A stretch of 64,000 bases of DNA. Source: Bacteroidota bacterium (GTDB taxonomy: Bacteria; Bacteroidota; Bacteroidia; Flavobacteriales_D; Crocinitomicaceae). Below are positions 55,443-64,000 of this stretch, one piece after another; the stretch's first letter is position 1; each line of letters opens with the position of its first letter. Made by a program: the position numbers and the translations under genes. The notes beneath the pieces were generated by a model, which made no database searches, had not been told where the DNA came from, and was given only the letters and a program-made list of their open reading frames with translations. The DNA is taken from assembly GCA_006226425.1 (NCBI GenBank), contig SBGX01000023.1, positions 7,603 to 71,602 on the forward strand. The letters run 5' to 3'.

Positions 55443-57522
55443 GTTCTTGTTCTTTGTTGTCCGCTGAGTGATCTTCCGAGGTTTTTCTCTCCGAATCTAT
55501 AGTGGCCGTTTCGGCTTTAGCTGTACCTTCTTCTAATTCATTTTCCCGTGCTTCTTCTTTGATCTCTTCAACAACATCCTGTGGATCCCACTGGCGTTTT
55601 CCGAAGATGTCTTCCAGGTTTTCCTTGAAAATAACTTCTTTTTCAAGTAGTTTCTCTGCCAGTTGGATAAGTTTGTCTTTGTTTTCTGTGAGTAGACTGA
55701 GCGCGCGTTGATATTGTTCTTCAATCAACTTGCTGACCTCTTCGTCAATAATCTTGGCGGTTTCATCCGAATATGGCTTGGTGAAACTGTCTCGTCCTTG
55801 TGAGTCGTAATAGGAAACGTTTCCGATACGCTTGTTTAATCCATAGATGGACACAATAGCATAAGCCTGTTTGGTGACTTTTTCCAGATCGCTGAGGGCA
55901 CCAGTAGATATCTTTCCAAAAATTAATTCCTCAGCGGCTCGTCCTCCAAGAGCAGAACATACTTCATCCAGGATTTGCTCGGTTGTCGTAATACTCCGTT
56001 CTTCAGGAAGATACCAGGCGGCACCGAGTGATTGTCCACGAGGTACGATGGTCACCTTAACTAAAGGAGATGCATGTTCCAATAGCCATGAAATGGTCGC
56101 GTGTCCTGCTTCGTGAAAAGCAATTGCTCGTTTCTCCTCCTTAGTGATGATCTTATTTTTCTTTTCAAGTCCTCCTACAATTCGGTCAACCGCATCCAGG
56201 AAGTCTTGAAGTTCTACCTGATCTTTTTGGTGTCTGGCCGCTATCAGTGCTGCCTCATTACATAAATTGGCAATATCTGCTCCGGAGAAACCAGGGGTTT
56301 GTTTGGCCAGGAAACTAACGTCGATTTCCTTATCCAATTTCAAAGGCTTCAGGTGAACTTTAAAAATGGCAGCCCGCTCATTTATGTCTGGCATGTCAAC
56401 GTATATCTGGCGGTCAAATCGCCCGGCACGCATTAAGGCCTTATCGAGTACATCCGCGCGGTTAGTAGCTGCCAAAATAATCACTCCTGAGTTTGTTCCG
56501 AAACCATCCATTTCTGTCAATAACTGGTTCAGGGTGTTTTCGCGCTCATCATTGGCTCCAAAACCATTATTTCTTCCACGGGCTCGTCCAATGGCGTCAA
56601 TCTCATCGATGAAGATAATTGCAGGCGATTTTTCCTTGGCCTGTTTGAAGAGGTCTCTCACCCGGGAAGCACCTACTCCAACAAACATTTCCACAAAGTC
56701 AGAACCTGACAATGAAAAGAAAGGAACTTTGGCTTCTCCTGCCACGGCCTTAGCCAATAAAGTTTTTCCGGTTCCCGGAGGTCCTACCAACAAGGCTCCC
56801 TTCGGAATTTTTGCTCCCAGGTCCGTGTATTTTTTTGGATGTTTCAGGAATTCTACAATCTCCTGAATTTCTTCTTTGGCACCTGTCAATCCGGCCACAT
56901 CTTTGAAGGTAACATCCGTTGATTTCCCTTTTTCGTAAATCTGAGCTTTTGATTTTCCGATGTTAAAGATTTGTCCACCCGGACCGCCGCCACCGCCACC
57001 ACCGGTCATTCGTCTCATGACAAACATCCAGATGACTACCAAAATGATGATTGGGAGCAGGAAGCTGATAATATTACTGATGTAATTTACTTCCTCGGTC
57101 GAATAATACTTGACCGGTTTTTTTCCCTGACTCTTCAGTGCTTTATTGATTTCTTTCAGCTGCTCTTCAAAGTTTCCGGCATCTGCCAGATCGAGCTGAC
57201 AGGTTGGGTTCTTGGAACTCAGCATGGATTTTTTTCCTGCGGCAAGAGCACGTCGGATAGGAGCATATTCCTTCTCGTCGCTTTTATTTACGAATTCACG
57301 TCCTTCCTTGTTGAGTTTGAAGTCTGCCCGCATCCGGTTAACGATCTTCACTTCGGAAACGTAACTGGAATCGGCCAGACTAAAGAAAGTACTCGGGTAC
57401 TTAATTTTGACATCTCCGGCACCACTCATAAAGACCTGAATCCCGATGATGGAAATGACAATAATCCCATAGACCCAATAGATCGAAAAGGGATTTCTTC
57501 TTTTTTTATTGTTGTCGCTCAT
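55402..57522 (-). CDS. ftsH: ATP-dependent zinc metalloprotease FtsH
   Basis: 706 aa with two TM helices, a Gly-run linker, AAA+ Walker A GPPGTGKT, Walker B IIFIDEID, the SRH and the zinc-binding HEAGH. Confidence 0.9.
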   Translation of the reverse strand: MSDNNKKRRNPFSIYWVYGIIVISIIGIQVFMSGAGDVKIKYPSTFFSLADSSYVSEVKIVNRMRADFKLNKEGREFVNKSDEKEYAPIRRALAAGKKSMLSSKNPTCQLDLADAGNFEEQLKEINKALKSQGKKPVKYYSTEEVNYISNIISFLLPIIILVVIWMFVMRRMTGGGGGGGPGGQIFNIGKSKAQIYEKGKSTDVTFKDVAGLTGAKEEIQEIVEFLKHPKKYTDLGAKIPKGALLVGPPGTGKTLLAKAVAGEAKVPFFSLSGSDFVEMFVGVGASRVRDLFKQAKEKSPAIIFIDEIDAIGRARGRNNGFGANDERENTLNQLLTEMDGFGTNSGVIILAATNRADVLDKALMRAGRFDRQIYVDMPDINERAAIFKVHLKPLKLDKEIDVSFLAKQTPGFSGADIANLCNEAALIAARHQKDQVELQDFLDAVDRIVGGLEKKNKIITKEEKRAIAFHEAGHATISWLLEHASPLVKVTIVPRGQSLGAAWYLPEERSITTTEQILDEVCSALGGRAAEELIFGKISTGALSDLEKVTKQAYAIVSIYGLNKRIGNVSYYDSQGRDSFTKPYSDETAKIIDEEVSKLIEEQYQRALSLLTENKDKLIQLAEKLLEKEVIFKENLEDIFGKRQWDPQDVVEEIKEEARENELEEGTAKAETATIDSERKTSEDHSADNKEQEHGDLEKDNERISE

Positions 57523-57525
57523 TGC

Positions 57526-57903
57526 TTAATCTAAATTTGGAATATTCGTTCTGACCGCATCTGCCCAAAGGCTTTCGAGGTCATAAAACGACCTTGTATC
57601 CTGATAAAAAATGTGTGCCACAACACTAACGTAGTCGAGCAAAACCCATTCTGAATTGGTTTTACCTTCTTCATGCCAGGGTTTTTCTTTTAATTCTTTT
57701 CGGGTGTGGCGAACTACCGAGTTACTGATTCCATCCACCTGCGTAGAAGATTCTCCCGAGCAGATCACAAAAAAATCTGAAACGGCTGAAGGGATTTCCC
57801 GCAGATCCAATACGACGATGTCCTTCGCCTTATTTTCCTGCATTCCCTCTACAACAGCGTTTGAAAGAGTAACGGAGTCTATTTCTGGTTTAACTATATT
57901 CAT
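57526..57903 (-). CDS. rsfS: Ribosomal silencing factor RsfS (Iojap family)
   Basis: 125 aa matching the RsfS family (DIVVLDLREIPSAVSDFFVICSGESSTQV...WVLLDYVSVVAHIF). Confidence 0.85.
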   Translation of the reverse strand: MNIVKPEIDSVTLSNAVVEGMQENKAKDIVVLDLREIPSAVSDFFVICSGESSTQVDGISNSVVRHTRKELKEKPWHEEGKTNSEWVLLDYVSVVAHIFYQDTRSFYDLESLWADAVRTNIPNLD

Positions 57904-57980
57904 GCTTAATACAAGGTGTACAAAACTAATTAATTTTTATTTTTACAGCGTTCCATAAGGACAATTCGGGAACAACTTTT

Positions 57981-58721
57981 ATGATTGGTCAAAAAATCGT
58001 TTCCAAAGACGTCGTAGATTCAACGAACAATTATGCTGCCAATCTGCTTTCAGCAGGTGAAATAGGACACGGGACTGTAATTTTGGCAGGCTATCAACGG
58101 GCCGGAAAAGGGCAAAGGGGCGCACAGTGGGATTCAGAGCCCTATCAGAACCTTCTTTTTAGTTGTTTTTTGAAACATGAAAATTTGTCAGTAAAAAATC
58201 AATTTGTCCTCAATCAGTTCGTAAGTGTGGCACTATGTGAGTTGCTGGAAGGACTGGGAATCGCATCTAAAATAAAGTGGCCCAATGATGTGGTGGTGGG
58301 AAATGCAAAAATTGCCGGAATTCTCATCGAAAATCAGCTGGAAGCTCAGAAATTGGTGAGTAGCATTGTTGGGGTTGGCTTAAATGTAAATCAGGAGGTG
58401 TTTGGTACTTACAATGCAACCAGCGTGAAATTGTTGCACGGAAAGTCGGTGGAAATGCTGGAGCTAGTGGGGCGTTTTACGATGGAATTGAATAAACTCT
58501 TTCCTCTTGTGTCTACAGCACGTTTTCAGGAATTGGAGGAAATGTACCGATCTCGTTTGTGGTTGAAAGATGAGCTTGCCTGGTATGGTGATCAATCCGG
58601 GAATCGCTTTCAGGCGATTTTGAGAGGAACGGATGAGCGCGGGATGCTTCAATTAGAAATTGGAAGGAAGCTTTTTTCCTATGACTTTAAAGAAGTCATT
58701 TTTTTTGATAGGAATACTTAA
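57981..58721 (+). CDS. birA: Biotin--[acetyl-CoA-carboxylase] ligase (group I, no DNA-binding domain)
   Basis: 246 aa with the GRRG-like biotin-binding loop (YQRAGKGQRGAQW) and the KWPNDV motif. Confidence 0.8.
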   Translation: MIGQKIVSKDVVDSTNNYAANLLSAGEIGHGTVILAGYQRAGKGQRGAQWDSEPYQNLLFSCFLKHENLSVKNQFVLNQFVSVALCELLEGLGIASKIKWPNDVVVGNAKIAGILIENQLEAQKLVSSIVGVGLNVNQEVFGTYNATSVKLLHGKSVEMLELVGRFTMELNKLFPLVSTARFQELEEMYRSRLWLKDELAWYGDQSGNRFQAILRGTDERGMLQLEIGRKLFSYDFKEVIFFDRNT

Positions 58722-59131
58722 ACGCTTGAATCCTGCTCATAGCGTTTTCGAAGGTTCTGAGCCATTAGGTTGAAGAGGTGTTCCAGTGGACCTTCGATCA
58801 TCATTTTCAGGAACATATTTACTTGTCCGTCGAAACGCAAATACCCTTCAGTTTCCGAACCTTGATCTGATAGAAAGATAGTAAGTTTGAAAGGGAAGGG
58901 GGCTTTGTCACCTGACTCGAGGTGGATTTTTTCTGGCTCTTCGAGTGCTACTTGTTTAAAAGGAATGATGATCCCTCCCTGGACCTTAAAAGAACAACTC
59001 AATTCATCTGCCTGCCAATCCGAAATTTTATCCTGCGGAAGTAATTCGTAGATGTTTCGGGTATCTTTCAGAAAATCGAATACTTCCTGAATAGGGGCCT
59101 GAACGCGAACCAGTTTACTTTTAATTTCCAT
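58718..59131 (-). CDS. Hypothetical protein, possible SRPBCC-like fold
   Basis: 137 aa with no strong motifs. Its 3' end overlaps birA's 3' end by 4 nt (convergent). Confidence 0.4.
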   Translation of the reverse strand: MEIKSKLVRVQAPIQEVFDFLKDTRNIYELLPQDKISDWQADELSCSFKVQGGIIIPFKQVALEEPEKIHLESGDKAPFPFKLTIFLSDQGSETEGYLRFDGQVNMFLKMMIEGPLEHLFNLMAQNLRKRYEQDSSV

Positions 59132-59137
59132 GGTGAT

Positions 59138-59779
59138 TTAGTTTTGCCAGCCTTTGGGATTTTTTCGCCATTCCAGGAGCGAATCCAAAAACTGTTCATC
59201 AATATATTTTTCCTGAATCGCCTGTTCCATTAGGGCGTCATAGTTAGAAATCGTTTCAAAGGGGCATTTGGCATCCCGGAAGGCATTGAAGGCGTCTTCA
59301 AAACCATAGGTGAAAATGGCCGTCAGTCCTTTGACATTCAAACCGGCTTCCCTCAATGCTTCTACTGCTTTCAGGCTACTTCCGCCAGTGGAGATCAAAT
59401 CTTCCACTACCACGACCGATTCTCCTTCCTGGAAATCACCTTCAATCATATTTCCCATACCATGCCCTTTGGGAGAACTACGAACGTAAATAAAGGGGAT
59501 GCCCAGTTCCTGAGCAACAAGTACGCCATGAGGAATTCCTCCCGTAGCTACTCCAGCAATGATGTCCGGTTTTCCAAAATGTTCGATGATCAAATCCGAG
59601 AATGATTGTCGGATAAAAGTTCGGACGCTTGGGTAAGAAAGTGTTTTTCGGTTATCACAATAGATCGGTGATTGGATTCCCGAAGCCCAGGTAAATGGTT
59701 TTGTGGGTTGCAGTTTAATTGCTTTTATTTGCAGTAGCAATTGGGCTAGTTTAAAAGCTCGTTCGTCTTTTATTTTCAT
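59138..59779 (-). CDS. pyrE: Orotate phosphoribosyltransferase
   Basis: 213 aa. PRPP-binding motif VVVVEDLISTGGS and a flexible loop KGHG. Confidence 0.9.
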   Translation of the reverse strand: MKIKDERAFKLAQLLLQIKAIKLQPTKPFTWASGIQSPIYCDNRKTLSYPSVRTFIRQSFSDLIIEHFGKPDIIAGVATGGIPHGVLVAQELGIPFIYVRSSPKGHGMGNMIEGDFQEGESVVVVEDLISTGGSSLKAVEALREAGLNVKGLTAIFTYGFEDAFNAFRDAKCPFETISNYDALMEQAIQEKYIDEQFLDSLLEWRKNPKGWQN

Positions 59780-59787
59780 GGCTGCAA

Positions 59788-60402
59788 ATGTATAAAGTTT
59801 TTGTTCATAATAAAGTAATTATTTTCAGTGAAGTGAAATCCAACGAGGGAAAAAACGCCTTTGTCATCAAGGAAAAAAAAGCACTTCGTCTGAGGGATGA
59901 ACTTTTGTTCCTTCGATCGATTGTCTCAAAGAATGTGCCGTTTGTCATTTCTTCCAGGGATGCCCGCAAAGCGATGGATGCTTTTTTTGCGGATTTTCTT
60001 AAGGTGGAAGCGGCAGGAGGAATGGTCCGTCGGAAAAATAAGTACTTGTTTATGAAGCGCCATGGAGTATGGGATTTACCTAAGGGGAAAGTAGATCCAG
60101 GGGAGCGGGGAAAAGAGGCCGCAAGAAGAGAAATAGAGGAAGAATGTGGAATCCGTTGCTCATCGGAAATGAAAAAAATCGGAGACAGTTATCATGTTTA
60201 TGACTGCTATGGAGAAAACACTTTGAAACGTACAAAGTGGTACGCTTGTACTTATCCGGGAGATAAAAAATTAAAAGTTCAAAAAGAAGAAGGGATTTCC
60301 AAAGCGAAATGGGTTTCGAAAGAAGCAGCTCTTCACCTGAAGAAAAAAAGCTATCCCTCGCTGGAAGCCATTATCGATTGCTATTTTGAAAGCCTAGATT
60401 AA
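59788..60402 (+). CDS. NUDIX hydrolase
   Basis: Nudix box GKVDPGERGKEAARREIEEECG. Confidence 0.8.
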   Translation: MYKVFVHNKVIIFSEVKSNEGKNAFVIKEKKALRLRDELLFLRSIVSKNVPFVISSRDARKAMDAFFADFLKVEAAGGMVRRKNKYLFMKRHGVWDLPKGKVDPGERGKEAARREIEEECGIRCSSEMKKIGDSYHVYDCYGENTLKRTKWYACTYPGDKKLKVQKEEGISKAKWVSKEAALHLKKKSYPSLEAIIDCYFESLD

Positions 60403-61047
60403 ACGGTGTTTGTTGGCCTTTTGAACGGCTTCCATCTTGTTGTGAACCTGCAACTTGCTATAGGTGTTTTCAATATGCTTTCGGACGGTTGCGGGAGAAA
60501 TGTGCAAAAATTCCGCAATTTGCTTGTAATCAAATCCCTTGCTCAACTGTTGCAAGACCTCGGTTTCGCGTTTGGACAGGGAAAATGACTCCTGACTGTT
60601 TTCTTCTTCTCCTTCCTGAATCGGATTTCTCATGAGTCGCAACGCTTTCAGCGCCACACCAGCCGACATAGGGGCACCTCCTCCAAGAATTTCCTTGATT
60701 CCGCTTAGAAGCTTTTGTGGTGGTTCATCTTTCAGGATGTATCCATTGGCTCCGGCCCGAATCGCCTGGAAAATGTGGTTTTCATCATCCAGTACCGTCA
60801 GCATAATGATTTTAATGTGAGGGTAATTTTGGGAGATAATGGAGGTTGCTTCAATGCCGTTCATTTCAGGCATTTGGATGTCCATAAGGATCACATCAAT
60901 ATTGGAGTCGGCCTCCAGTTTTTGAATTAAATCCTTTCCGTTGATTCCGCGAAATTTGTAACGGATATCATCTGGGAAAAAACCCAGTTTTTCTTGGATA
61001 CTTTTTGCCAGGAGGGCATTATCTTCGGCGACGGCGACTTTTATCAT
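60394..61047 (-). CDS. LuxR/NarL-family response regulator (orphan)
   Basis: REC domain (KVAVAEDNALL...DVILMDIQMPEMNG) and a LuxR HTH (LSKRETEVLQQLSKGFDYKQIAEFLHISPATVRKHIENTYSKLQV). No adjacent kinase. Confidence 0.85.
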   Translation of the reverse strand: MIKVAVAEDNALLAKSIQEKLGFFPDDIRYKFRGINGKDLIQKLEADSNIDVILMDIQMPEMNGIEATSIISQNYPHIKIIMLTVLDDENHIFQAIRAGANGYILKDEPPQKLLSGIKEILGGGAPMSAGVALKALRLMRNPIQEGEEENSQESFSLSKRETEVLQQLSKGFDYKQIAEFLHISPATVRKHIENTYSKLQVHNKMEAVQKANKHRLI

Positions 61048-61172
61048 TGCTTCGGTCTCAAGTTATTGCTTTTACAAAGGTAAAGTATTTAGGGGGCCAC
61101 CGAATACGTCAAATGTAGTATATCCCTTTTTTAGCTGCATAAAACGATTAAATTTGGAGCCAAACACCGCCT

Positions 61173-61586
61173 ATGAAAGGAATATGGATTTTGTTAGTGC
61201 TCTTCGTCTGGAGTAGTGGATTTCTATACGGACAGAAAGTGTTGCCTTTGACAAAATCGAAGCATTTAAAAAAGTATATCCGGGTAGATCAGATGAATCA
61301 GGAAATTGGTCAGATACTGAAGGGAGCGCAGCAGCAGGTCCGTTATACCCTGGTTAATCATTCGCGCTTTGATTTGCAGATAGAGGCCATTAAAACAGAT
61401 TGCGCTTGCACAGATGCTGGGGTCTGGAAAGCGTTGTTGAAACCAGGAGAGCGCACGGAACTAACAATTTCATATGATGCGTATAAGCCAGGAGAATTTA
61501 AGCGGGCTGTTTTTGTGCACACAAATTTTCATGAAGTGCCCTTGATTCTCCATTTTTCAGGAGAAGTGATTGATCCGGATCGGTGA
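61173..61586 (+). CDS. DUF1573-domain secreted protein
   Basis: Signal peptide and a ~110 aa Ig-like DUF1573 pattern (VRYTLVNHSRFDLQIEAIKTDCACT...PGERTELTISYD). Confidence 0.55.
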   Translation: MKGIWILLVLFVWSSGFLYGQKVLPLTKSKHLKKYIRVDQMNQEIGQILKGAQQQVRYTLVNHSRFDLQIEAIKTDCACTDAGVWKALLKPGERTELTISYDAYKPGEFKRAVFVHTNFHEVPLILHFSGEVIDPDR

Positions 61587-61643
61587 GATAGATAATTTCC
61601 GGCTTAACAATCATTAACAGAATATTGTATTATTTTTGCAGCG

Positions 61644-62450
61644 ATGAGAGGAAGGATCTTTGCATGGGGACTTGGTTTGCTGGTGATCGCTAGCGCTTGT
61701 TCCGAGTACAATCAGGTTATGAAATCGGCAGATTATGATCGAAAGTTTGCATTAGCAAACGACTTGTTCGAACGTGAAAAATGGTTGCCGTCCATCGCCC
61801 TGTACGAGCAGGTATATCAGCATGCGCCTAAATCCGGAATGGGGGAACTGGCCTATTTTAGATTAGGGAAATCTTATTTTGCGGAAGAAGATTATTACAT
61901 GGCTGCATACTATTTTGGTTCTTTTTTCGAACGCTTCCCAAGAAGTAATAAGGTAGAAGAAGCATATTTTTACCGCTCTTTAAGTAGTGTGAATGTTTCT
62001 CCAGGATATTCGCTTGACCAGCAGGAAACACAGATCGCTTTGAATGAGCTTCAACAGTTCATTTATCTTTTCCCGAATTCAGAACGCATTGATACCTGTA
62101 ATCAATTGATGGATAAGCTGAGGTGGAAGTTAGAACGCAAAGAATTTGAGTCGGTCAAATTATACTCTAAAACGACGAGGTATCGAGCCGCAGTGGTTTC
62201 TGCCAAAAAATTCATTCAGGAACATCCGGGATCTCCCTTTAAAGAGGAAGTGATGTATCTGCAATTTAAAAATGCCTACCTGCTTGCGGAGAACAGTATT
62301 GAAAAGAAAAAAAAGGAACGAATCGAAGAAACTATCGAAACTTATCGTACCTTTGTATCCCAATTTCCGGAAAGTAAGCACTTGAGGGAAATGACGGGAA
62401 TGCAGGATAGAATGCAGGATCAACTGAAAAGTTTAAGCTCAGCGAAGTAA
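61644..62450 (+). CDS. bamD: Outer membrane protein assembly factor BamD-like TPR lipoprotein
   Basis: Lipobox VIASAC and TPR-like helices (ALYEQVYQHAPKS...AYFRLGKSYF). Conserved Bacteroidota synteny with the following rpoZ-like and coaBC genes. Confidence 0.7.
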   Translation: MRGRIFAWGLGLLVIASACSEYNQVMKSADYDRKFALANDLFEREKWLPSIALYEQVYQHAPKSGMGELAYFRLGKSYFAEEDYYMAAYYFGSFFERFPRSNKVEEAYFYRSLSSVNVSPGYSLDQQETQIALNELQQFIYLFPNSERIDTCNQLMDKLRWKLERKEFESVKLYSKTTRYRAAVVSAKKFIQEHPGSPFKEEVMYLQFKNAYLLAENSIEKKKKERIEETIETYRTFVSQFPESKHLREMTGMQDRMQDQLKSLSSAK

Positions 62451-62462
62451 ATTAGGAAGCGT

Positions 62463-62780
62463 ATGAATTTTAAGAATGTGAATTCGGAGAGATCAACAGT
62501 GACACGTGATACGATCAGATTTGAGGATCGAACAGGGAATATTTACGAGGCAATCGTAGCCATGTCGAAACGGTCTAATCAGATTTCTTCCGAAATGAAG
62601 GAAGAGTTGACATCGAAGCTACAGGAATTTGCTTCATCTACGGACAACCTGGAAGAAGTTTTTGAGAACCGGGAGCAAATCGAAATTTCGAAATTTTACG
62701 AAAAACTTCCGAAGCCGGTGGCAATTTCCATGTCAGAGATGTTGGATGATAAATTGCAGATCCGTAAGATTGAGGAATAG
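62463..62780 (+). CDS. rpoZ: Probable DNA-directed RNA polymerase subunit omega (Bacteroidota type)
   Basis: 105 aa. The N-terminal segment NIYEAIVAMSKRSNQISSEMKEEL resembles the omega family. Its position between bamD and coaBC is typical. Confidence 0.5.
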   Translation: MNFKNVNSERSTVTRDTIRFEDRTGNIYEAIVAMSKRSNQISSEMKEELTSKLQEFASSTDNLEEVFENREQIEISKFYEKLPKPVAISMSEMLDDKLQIRKIEE

Positions 62781-62798
62781 AAAATAACTAACTGATCA

Positions 62799-63992
62799 AT
62801 GAGGGGTAAACGGGTACTTCTTGGAATCACTGGAGGTATTGCGGCTTACAAAATTGCCGGGTTGATCAGATTGCTAAGAAAAGAAGGGGCAGATGTCAAA
62901 TGTATTATGACACCTGCCTCTTGTGATTTTATAAGCCCGCTAACCATAGCAACCTTATCAGAACACCCAGTTCAAATTGAGTTTTGGGACCGAAGAAACG
63001 GAAGTTGGACCAATCATGTCGACCTGGGACTTTGGCCCGATCTTTTTTTGATCACACCATTGACCGCAAATACCCTCGCCAAACTGGCACATGGCTACGC
63101 AGACAATTTATTGACGGCTACTTATCTTTCGGCTCGTTGTCCGGTGATGATTGCCCCGGCGATGGATTTAGACATGTATGCGCATCTAACAACTACGGAA
63201 AATCTGGAGCGCCTTCGGGGGCATGGGGTACGAGTGTTGGAGGCGCAATATGGTGAATTGGCGAGTGGCCTGGTTGGACAGGGGAGAATGATGGAGCCGG
63301 AGGACCAGCTAAAGGAGGTGAAGAACTTCTTTCAGGGGGCACATGATCTGGAAGGAAAAAGAGTGTTGATTACGGCTGGACCCACCTATGAAAAAATAGA
63401 TCCGGTCCGCTTCATTGGAAACCATTCTTCCGGGAAGATGGGCTACCGCCTGGCGGAGTCGGCGTTGCGCAGGGGAGCGGAGGTGATCCTGGTTTCAGGA
63501 CCAAGTGCACAGCGATTGGAACACCCTGCGTTACAACTGATTCGGGTGGAGAGTGCTTTGGAGATGCTTGAAGAAGTGAAGAAGCAGTGGGAGCAATGTG
63601 ATTTGGGGATTTTCGCAGCAGCGGTGGCAGATTATCGTCCGGCGGAAGCTACGGATCAGAAGATCAAGAAGAAAGAAGATGAAATGAGCATTCGCCTGGT
63701 GAAAAATCCAGACATTTTGGCCTGGGCTGGCTCGGTGAAGAAAGAGTCACAATTTTTGGTTGGTTTTGCCTTGGAAACAAATGATGCGGTGCGTCATGCA
63801 GAGGAAAAAAGAGCTCGAAAGAACCTTGATTTGATCGTTTTAAATACATTGGAGGAAGCTGGAAGTGGTTTTCAGGTGGATACGAATCGGGTTCATTTGA
63901 TTGATCGAAACAATAAATTGACTAGTTTTGAGTTAAAGGAAAAGTCAGTAGTGGCAGAAGATATCATAGAATTCATCAAAAGCCGTTTGTGA
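62799..63992 (+). CDS. coaBC: Bifunctional phosphopantothenoylcysteine decarboxylase / phosphopantothenate--cysteine ligase
   Basis: 397 aa with an N-terminal flavoprotein CoaC domain (RVLLGITGGIAAYK) and a C-terminal CoaB domain (GKRVLITAGPTYEKIDPVRFIGNHSSGKMG). Confidence 0.9.
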   Translation: MRGKRVLLGITGGIAAYKIAGLIRLLRKEGADVKCIMTPASCDFISPLTIATLSEHPVQIEFWDRRNGSWTNHVDLGLWPDLFLITPLTANTLAKLAHGYADNLLTATYLSARCPVMIAPAMDLDMYAHLTTTENLERLRGHGVRVLEAQYGELASGLVGQGRMMEPEDQLKEVKNFFQGAHDLEGKRVLITAGPTYEKIDPVRFIGNHSSGKMGYRLAESALRRGAEVILVSGPSAQRLEHPALQLIRVESALEMLEEVKKQWEQCDLGIFAAAVADYRPAEATDQKIKKKEDEMSIRLVKNPDILAWAGSVKKESQFLVGFALETNDAVRHAEEKRARKNLDLIVLNTLEEAGSGFQVDTNRVHLIDRNNKLTSFELKEKSVVAEDIIEFIKSRL

Positions 63993-64000
63993 GCATGAGA

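Noticed and set aside
1-64000. Mobile elements, prophage, CRISPR, rRNA/tRNA
   Set aside because: No transposase, integrase, phage structural genes, direct-repeat arrays or tRNA-like cloverleaf sequences were found. The only sizeable ORF-free stretches are 14137..14514, 20507..20780 and 28601..28988.

Overview
This 64 kb window is a contiguous chromosomal segment from a Bacteroidota genome; the four T9SS C-terminal sorting domains point to a Flavobacteriia/Cytophagia-like lineage. It is gene-dense on both strands. I found no transposases, integrases, CRISPR arrays, rRNA or tRNA genes. About half the window is conserved housekeeping: accD (partial), fbaA, rpoD, priA, gltA, DPP-IV, lpdA, glmM, ribH, psd, cdsA, ftsH, rsfS, birA, pyrE, bamD, rpoZ-like and coaBC. 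Five accessory-looking stretches stand out.

1. A ~9.5 kb cluster (18.1-27.6 kb) contains two secreted EEP-family putative nucleases, a TonB-dependent-receptor-like barrel, two OB-fold-like exported proteins and a permuted two-gene 5'-nucleotidase. I read this as a candidate extracellular DNA/nucleotide scavenging locus.
2. A 390 nt intergenic region (28.6-29.0 kb) holds two tandem paralogous elements. Each has a conserved 5' box, a covarying hairpin and an intrinsic terminator. They are candidate small RNAs.
3. An NfeD-like/flotillin/lipoprotein operon lies next to a NYN-LOTUS protein.
4. A periplasmic-TPR sensor histidine kinase and a LuxR-type response regulator sit upstream of a 953-aa GLUG-repeat T9SS adhesin.
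5. A seven-gene minus-strand block of uncharacterised genes includes two paralogous small membrane proteins flanking a DUF1311 (LprI-like) protein.

A small secreted lysine/cysteine-rich peptide (53434..53664) and a PlpD-like patatin autotransporter are also notable. All calls come from reading the translated ORFs and the nucleotide sequence by eye, without database searches.
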